DNA from: Eutreptiella sp. 'Long Island Sound 2002' | Lineage: Eukaryota; Protista; Euglenida | NCBI GenBank assembly: GCA_964036045.1 | Contig: OZ038378.1 | Coordinates: forward strand, 199,888,001-199,952,000 | Direction of reading: 5' to 3' | DNA: 64,000 bases | Shown here: piece by piece, positions 59,601-64,000 of the stretch | Layout of the letters: each line of letters begins with the position of its first letter | Position numbering within the stretch: the stretch's first letter is position 1 | Notes under the pieces: model-generated | What the model was told of the DNA's origin: nothing | The model's input: only the letters and a program-made list of their open reading frames with translations | The model's database searches: none | Position numbers and translations under genes: made by a program

Positions 59601-62600
59601 CTGCGTGGCCGGCCTGTGTGCGCTCGGCGGGGCTGCTCCCGCTGGCCCTGGTGCCCGACAACGATGCGCTGCAGCTGGTCAAGGACCTCCTGTACCGCCT
59701 GTACGGAATGTTCCCAGCCGTGCTCGCGGCGCACAACACGGCATTGGACGCTGCCAACCACAGGGGTGACCACCGTTCAACCGTCTTCGGCCCGGCGCGG
59801 GGCCGGGCTCTGGACGCACGCACTGCCTATCCGTGGCACCAACTTGGGGCGGGCCCACTGCCCATGCCCCCGGCCCGACCCCCGCTGGATGCACCTGAGG
59901 GGCTGCCGCCGCATTGGCCGTGGGAGGCGACGTTTCTGCATGCCTTGCTGCGGTGGGCAGGGGCCCTGTTGTGGCTCCCTGGCCAGGGCCAAGTCACGTA
60001 CGTGGAATTGGCCCTAGATTTCGAAGAGCATGCGGGCCGGGCCCTCCCAACGGCTCCGGGGCACAAGTTGGCGGGGCGTGTCCTGCCACTTCGTGAATGT
60101 GCGCACGTGCTCAAGCTCGCGCTCGACAAAACGCAACAATTTCTGCGAGCTGGTGAGCTCCTTGGGGGCCAGCTGCGCCCGCTTTGCAATGCACTTGTCC
60201 CGCTTGGAGGCTACAAGTGCATGGGTCGCACGGAGAGACCCGTGTTCGCGTGCCGCCAAGCCATGCAGGAGCACATGCGCTGCCTTGAGGTGCACAGCGT
60301 ATCGCGGCGCGACGGAAGGACCTGGGCCTCCGTCCTATGTGGGATCCTCTGAGGAGCGACCCTTCCCAAACCTCGGGCTGTGCGCTCCCCCATCCACGCC
60401 CGCACGTGCATCTGCGGGCGCAGATGGGGGATCACACAGCCCGAGATCTAGGCAGGGACGCTCCTCAGAGGATCCCACATAGGACGGAGGCCCAGGTCCT
60501 TCCGTCGCGCCGCAATACGCTGGGGGGCGGGGGGGGGTAAGGGCCTTCCTTATATATCTGTATGCAGCTGTATATAGATGAGCTCTCACCCGCTAACCCT
60601 CTGAACCCCTCAATCGCTCTAGCGTCCAGGACTTGAAAAGGCGAATGCCTCCTGTCTTCCAATACATCCCTGCCCTGCCACTCGCATCACCACACACCGT
60701 GTGCACAGACAACAAAATTCGCGACAGCGGGGCCAGAGCCCTTGCCAATGCCTACAACAGCAGCACCAGCCTTGATACAGTGGACATGAAGGGTATGTTT
60801 TCTGCACGCGCTCTGGGGACCATGTTCTTTTGCCCCCCCCCCCCCCCGCCCCCCCGCGTCCCCCGCACAGAAACAGGGAATGCCCCGAAGCTTCACCGCC
60901 GTTTTCGTTTTGATGCGCTCAAGGGGCGCTGCACAACGGCGCGGTCACAAGGGGGAGGGGCCTCCCCAGCGGTGGTCGGGCGGGGGGGTTCGGCGGCTCA
61001 GGGGCCTTTGAGTGGTTGCCCCATAAATCGCCGAAGTGGGGCATTGCGTGTATCTCCCGGACTGCTGCCGCTGGTGCAGAATTCATCGGATTCCCCTCTT
61101 GCCTTTGGAATTCGCCCCCCCCCCCCTTTTCCCCGTGTGCAGGGATGCATTGGAAGGGGGCAAGGTACCCACTCCCCCTTCACGGTGCCCAGCCTCTGCC
61201 CAGCCACTGTCTGTGTCATGGGCCTGATCACTATGACAATGTCACTGGCCGTGCCACGGTCCCTGTCGCCACGACCCGGGATGCATTGGAAGGGGGGAGC
61301 CCCCCCACCCCCCCCTCCAGGGTGCCCAGCCTATGCCCAGCCACCACCTGACGGCAAGTGCCAGGCTCAATGGCACTTGTAACCGACAGTAACCGCCCCC
61401 AACCGCTTTGGCAACCTCCTCCAACCGCCTGCCCAACCGCTTCTGGGGCCGCCTCTGAGGTCCCTTCCCTTCTGGTGCGTTTGTGCCGCAAAGATCGGCT
61501 GTGGCCTCTGGTGCGCCTGACCGGAGGGGAACGGTGCGCCGTCCCATTTCCAGATTCTGTCACAGGGCCATGCTCATCATCAGCCGCCCCCCTTTGCCCT
61601 CCGCCACGCTCCCCCCCCCCCCCCTGCCCCCGGCCATGCCGGTAATGCATGGTGTCTTTATCCGACACTGATTGCTGATGTCTGACTGACAGCTACTGAC
61701 TGTGATTGTCTGACTAATGTAGTCAGACATGATGTTCTGTTTTCTGTTTCAGACACAGTGTGTGTCTTGAGGTTCAACCAGGTTTGGCATAGAGAATAAA
61801 GATGCACTTATGCCTGACTGTGGAGTGCATTACCTCTGGTTTGCATTTGTCTGTTTTTTAATTAGGTCACACCCCCCCTGCCCCCGCTGTGCTGCATGCA
61901 GTGGTGCCAGTCCCTCGCACAGCCCCCTGCGCCACGTGCCTCGACCCCATTATCTGCGTTCCGCTGGTTCGTTAGCGGATGCTGATTTGGTCCGTGTCCG
62001 GGGATGCATTGGAACGGGGGAAGGTAACCCCCCCACCCCCCCCTCCAGGGCGCCCAGCCTCTGCCTAGCCACTGTCCCCCTGACGGCAAGTGCCAGTTTT
62101 GATGGCATTTGCAACCGACAGTAACCGCCCCCAACCGCTTTGGCAACCTCCTCCAACTGCCTGTCAGACCACTTGTGGCCGCTTGTGCACCGTCCCACTT
62201 CATTCGCAGGCAACCCCATCTCTGAAAAAGTGCAGGATGAGATTTTTGCGCAACGGCGGGGAGCAAGAAACACCAAAGAAGAAGAGGGGAAGAACGAAGA
62301 TCAAGGTACACTCCCTTGCAGCGGGTCCCCTATGTCTCCCTTCGTTGCGGCAAGGGCTGTGCCGCAGCATGATGCTGCCTCAACAGTGCCCAATGCCGGG
62401 ACGCTGCGGGGCTGGTGACTGCTTTGGTGGCATTCATTCCGCAGTGTCGGGCCGGTGCAGGGGCTCTGCAGTGCCGGGGGATGTGCAGGGATGTATTAGA
62501 ACGGCTGACAACCATAGGAGGAGCCCCCCCCCCCCCCCCGGGGAACCCCTTCCCCCCGCCCCCTCAGACCCCCTCCCCCCACCCTCCTCCCCCTTCCGTT

Positions 62601-63185
62601 GGGGCTGACACGACATTGCGCTCCAATGCAAAACAACAACCACAAAAATTTTACTCCTTCGGCGCCATCTTCCATTGACAACCCCAGGAGGCTTGGGCCA
62701 GAATTGGAGGTGCAATTCACCCAACAGTGATCATTGTATTTAACCCCTGTGCAACTCAAAGGAATTCAAGCTCTATCTCCGTCGAAGCTTGATTGGGGCT
62801 GGATTCTCCAGATAGTTTTGCTCTGTAGCCTCCCCCTGTATTAGCCCCCTATATCTGCCCCCTAGCTTCCGTAGCTTCCCCCTTTAGTTCCCCTGATAAC
62901 CCCCCCCCCATGGCTTCTTCCATGCGTTGCTTGGGGCAAGTTCTGTGAAGACAAAAGATTTTTTGCTGTGGTAGACTTTTTGATGAAGGCACCGAATTGA
63001 TCAATGGCCTTTTCTATTCATTGCCTGCACCAACTGTCTTTGCAGAGAACAAGAAAGCGGAGGAGAATGTAGCCGTCGTTGAAGTGGAGGTTGCAGAGAA
63101 GAAGAAAGCGGAAGATATTGCACCCATCGAAGGGAGGCCCAAACAGACACACGAAGAGAAAGAATGTGGGTGTGTCTGTTTTTGA
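52592..63185 (+). CDS. RI-like (28-aa) leucine-rich-repeat protein; exons 52592-52675, 53115-53198, 55829-55912, 56223-56306, 58348-58431, 60709-60792, 62210-62305, 63046-63185; 5' exons not identified
   Basis: Six exons of exactly 84 nt, all phase 1-1 with CAG/GTA borders, each encoding a xN.IGD.GA.AIA.ALK.NT...V.L-type repeat. These are followed by a GNPISEKVQ capping exon and an acidic tail ending ECGCVCF*. All joins stay in frame. Confidence 0.88.
53265..55468 (+). mobile_element. 2.2-kb TSD-flanked insertion in LRR intron 2, no long ORF
   Basis: CCCCCCTCCGCCGCA is duplicated at 53250-53264 and 55469-55483; the repeated intron cassette resumes exactly after the second copy; the 3' end is GCCCAAAGCCCAAAA. 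Confidence 0.7.
56631..57365 (+). mobile_element. 5'-truncated RT C-terminal fragment of a second PLE family, abutting a (TG)n tract
   Basis: LCQFRDN (FRDN at 56676-87), IVQRVLTILQLAWGLRV, SPRSAHPRYLHGIFTGLL and VVLCGY align with YRFRDN, SIQSVCQYFQRVLGVEL, CSPNARAVLQSLAPAL and LSYKGY of the 15-20 kb element. Confidence 0.65.
59506..60647 (+). mobile_element. 5'-truncated non-LTR retrotransposon (ORF2 C-terminal region) in LRR intron 5
   Basis: 20-bp TSD CCTCCTGTCTTCCAATACAT (59486-59505, 60648-60667). Protein motifs MLWVCPSWEPAR and FLHALLRWAGALLW...VTYVELALDFEEHAGRALP are typical of LINE ORF2 tails. Confidence 0.75.
60295..60522. repeat. 228-nt fold-back: 64-bp outer arms (63/64 complementary) plus imperfect inner stem
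   Basis: 60295-60358 is the reverse complement of 60459-60522 with one mismatch; inner arms CCTCGGGCTGTG/CACAGCCCGAG, TCCCCCATC/GATGGGGGA and CGCCCGCA/TGCGGGCG also pair. Confidence 0.9.
61278..62165 (+). repeat. Short interspersed repeat, copies at about 61142-61210 (partial), 61278-61473 and 62001-62165
   Basis: Shared GGGATGCATTGGAA...CCCAGCCT.TGCC.AGCCAC...CTGACGGCAAGTGCCAG...AACCGACAGTAACCGCCCC.AACCGCTTTGGCAACCTCCTCCAAC. Confidence 0.8.
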
Positions 63186-64000
63186 TGTGACTGGAGAGAG
63201 AGAGGGGGGGGGGGGGGGCAGACAGTGCAGAGAAGTGAGTGCCTAAAACGCTCAGATGCAGGAGCCATCCGCCTGTTTTTGATGTTCAGCACAACCACGG
63301 GGTATGGTTTCATTTCTCCATATCCTCTCTTTTCTCCGCGGTTTATCTATTCTGCATCTATTTTCTGCGCACTGATTCGATCTGTTTTCTATATATATGT
63401 TGTATTTTTGTTTTTCTTGCTCTTCTCTGTGCCTTGTTGCTAATGCACCGTGATATTGTCTGCAAACGTGCTTAGATGCGCTTTACGATGGCACATGCAG
63501 TCCACCACCCCAGCACTGAGGCCTCGCTTTGTGTTGCCAACTACATGCACCTGTTCGGGGGTGGCGCCTGCCCTTATGGTGATTTGATGATGGTCTGTCA
63601 TGACTGACATGCCACGTCGCCCTTAAATGGCACCACTGCAGCCACGGGACACACATATGCATGCTATCAGTGGGAGGGGGGTGAGTTTGATTGAGGCACC
63701 GTATTCTGGTTTCATCGCAACGTGTGTTCTTCAATACACTGCGCAGGTGCTACAGTCATTTGCATTTTTCATTATATGGCTGTGGATCAATGTGTTGGTC
63801 GTGCAGGCGGCTACGTGCAAGAGTATCAAGCGAAAGGTAGGCGTTTTAGTTGTTCGCTGTGGGAATGTTTTTCTGTTTTACTGTTGCAAATGACATCGCG
63901 TTCTACAAACCGAATTCTGATGAATGTTTATTGCCCTTGCATCTGATCCTGTGTGCCTTTGGAGCGTTGCAAATGGTGGTCCGTTTCGTGATGGACAGAA

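Noticed and set aside
58709-60352. 547-aa ORF as a single gene
   Set aside because: Chance fusion of intronic repeat sequence with the TSD-bounded LINE fragment starting at 59506.

Overview
Repeat-rich eukaryotic nuclear DNA, very likely from a euglenid. The evidence is a 25-nt match to the euglenid spliced-leader exon at 2480-2504, conventional GT-AG introns, and long poly-C/G tracts and microsatellites. Most of the ~400 short ORFs in the track are noise. Host genes I can support: a spliced Lys-rich RRM gene (21352-24563), a single-ORF SLATT-like 2TM protein (28472-29293), an intronless membrane-anchored NodU/CmcH-type carbamoyltransferase with a degenerate YrdC-like half (35823-37664), and an LRR gene built from six 84-nt one-repeat-per-exon cassettes ending in a CaaX-like tail (52592-63185, 5' end not found). 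The rest is mobile DNA: a chromodomain-bearing Ty3/gypsy integrase with PPT and 3' LTR, pogo and DxxH-type DDE transposase relics, two MITEs with clear TIR/TSD, several TSD-flanked retroposed fragments, and an RNase H fragment. The standout is an apparently intact 6.44-kb Penelope-like retroelement (13845-20286) with identical 227-bp pseudo-LTRs. It has the permuted GIY-YIG > CxC > RT order of the Naiad/Chlamys clade, plus an upstream ORF1 (Zn knuckles, RRM, coiled coil, Tudor-like) coupled to ORF2 by a TAATG overlap. It also has a probable degenerate PCIF1-like methyltransferase domain, an FRDN catalytic motif shared with a second PLE family at 56.6 kb, and hammerhead core boxes in the pLTR. 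All domain calls are by-eye motif recognition; no database searches were run.
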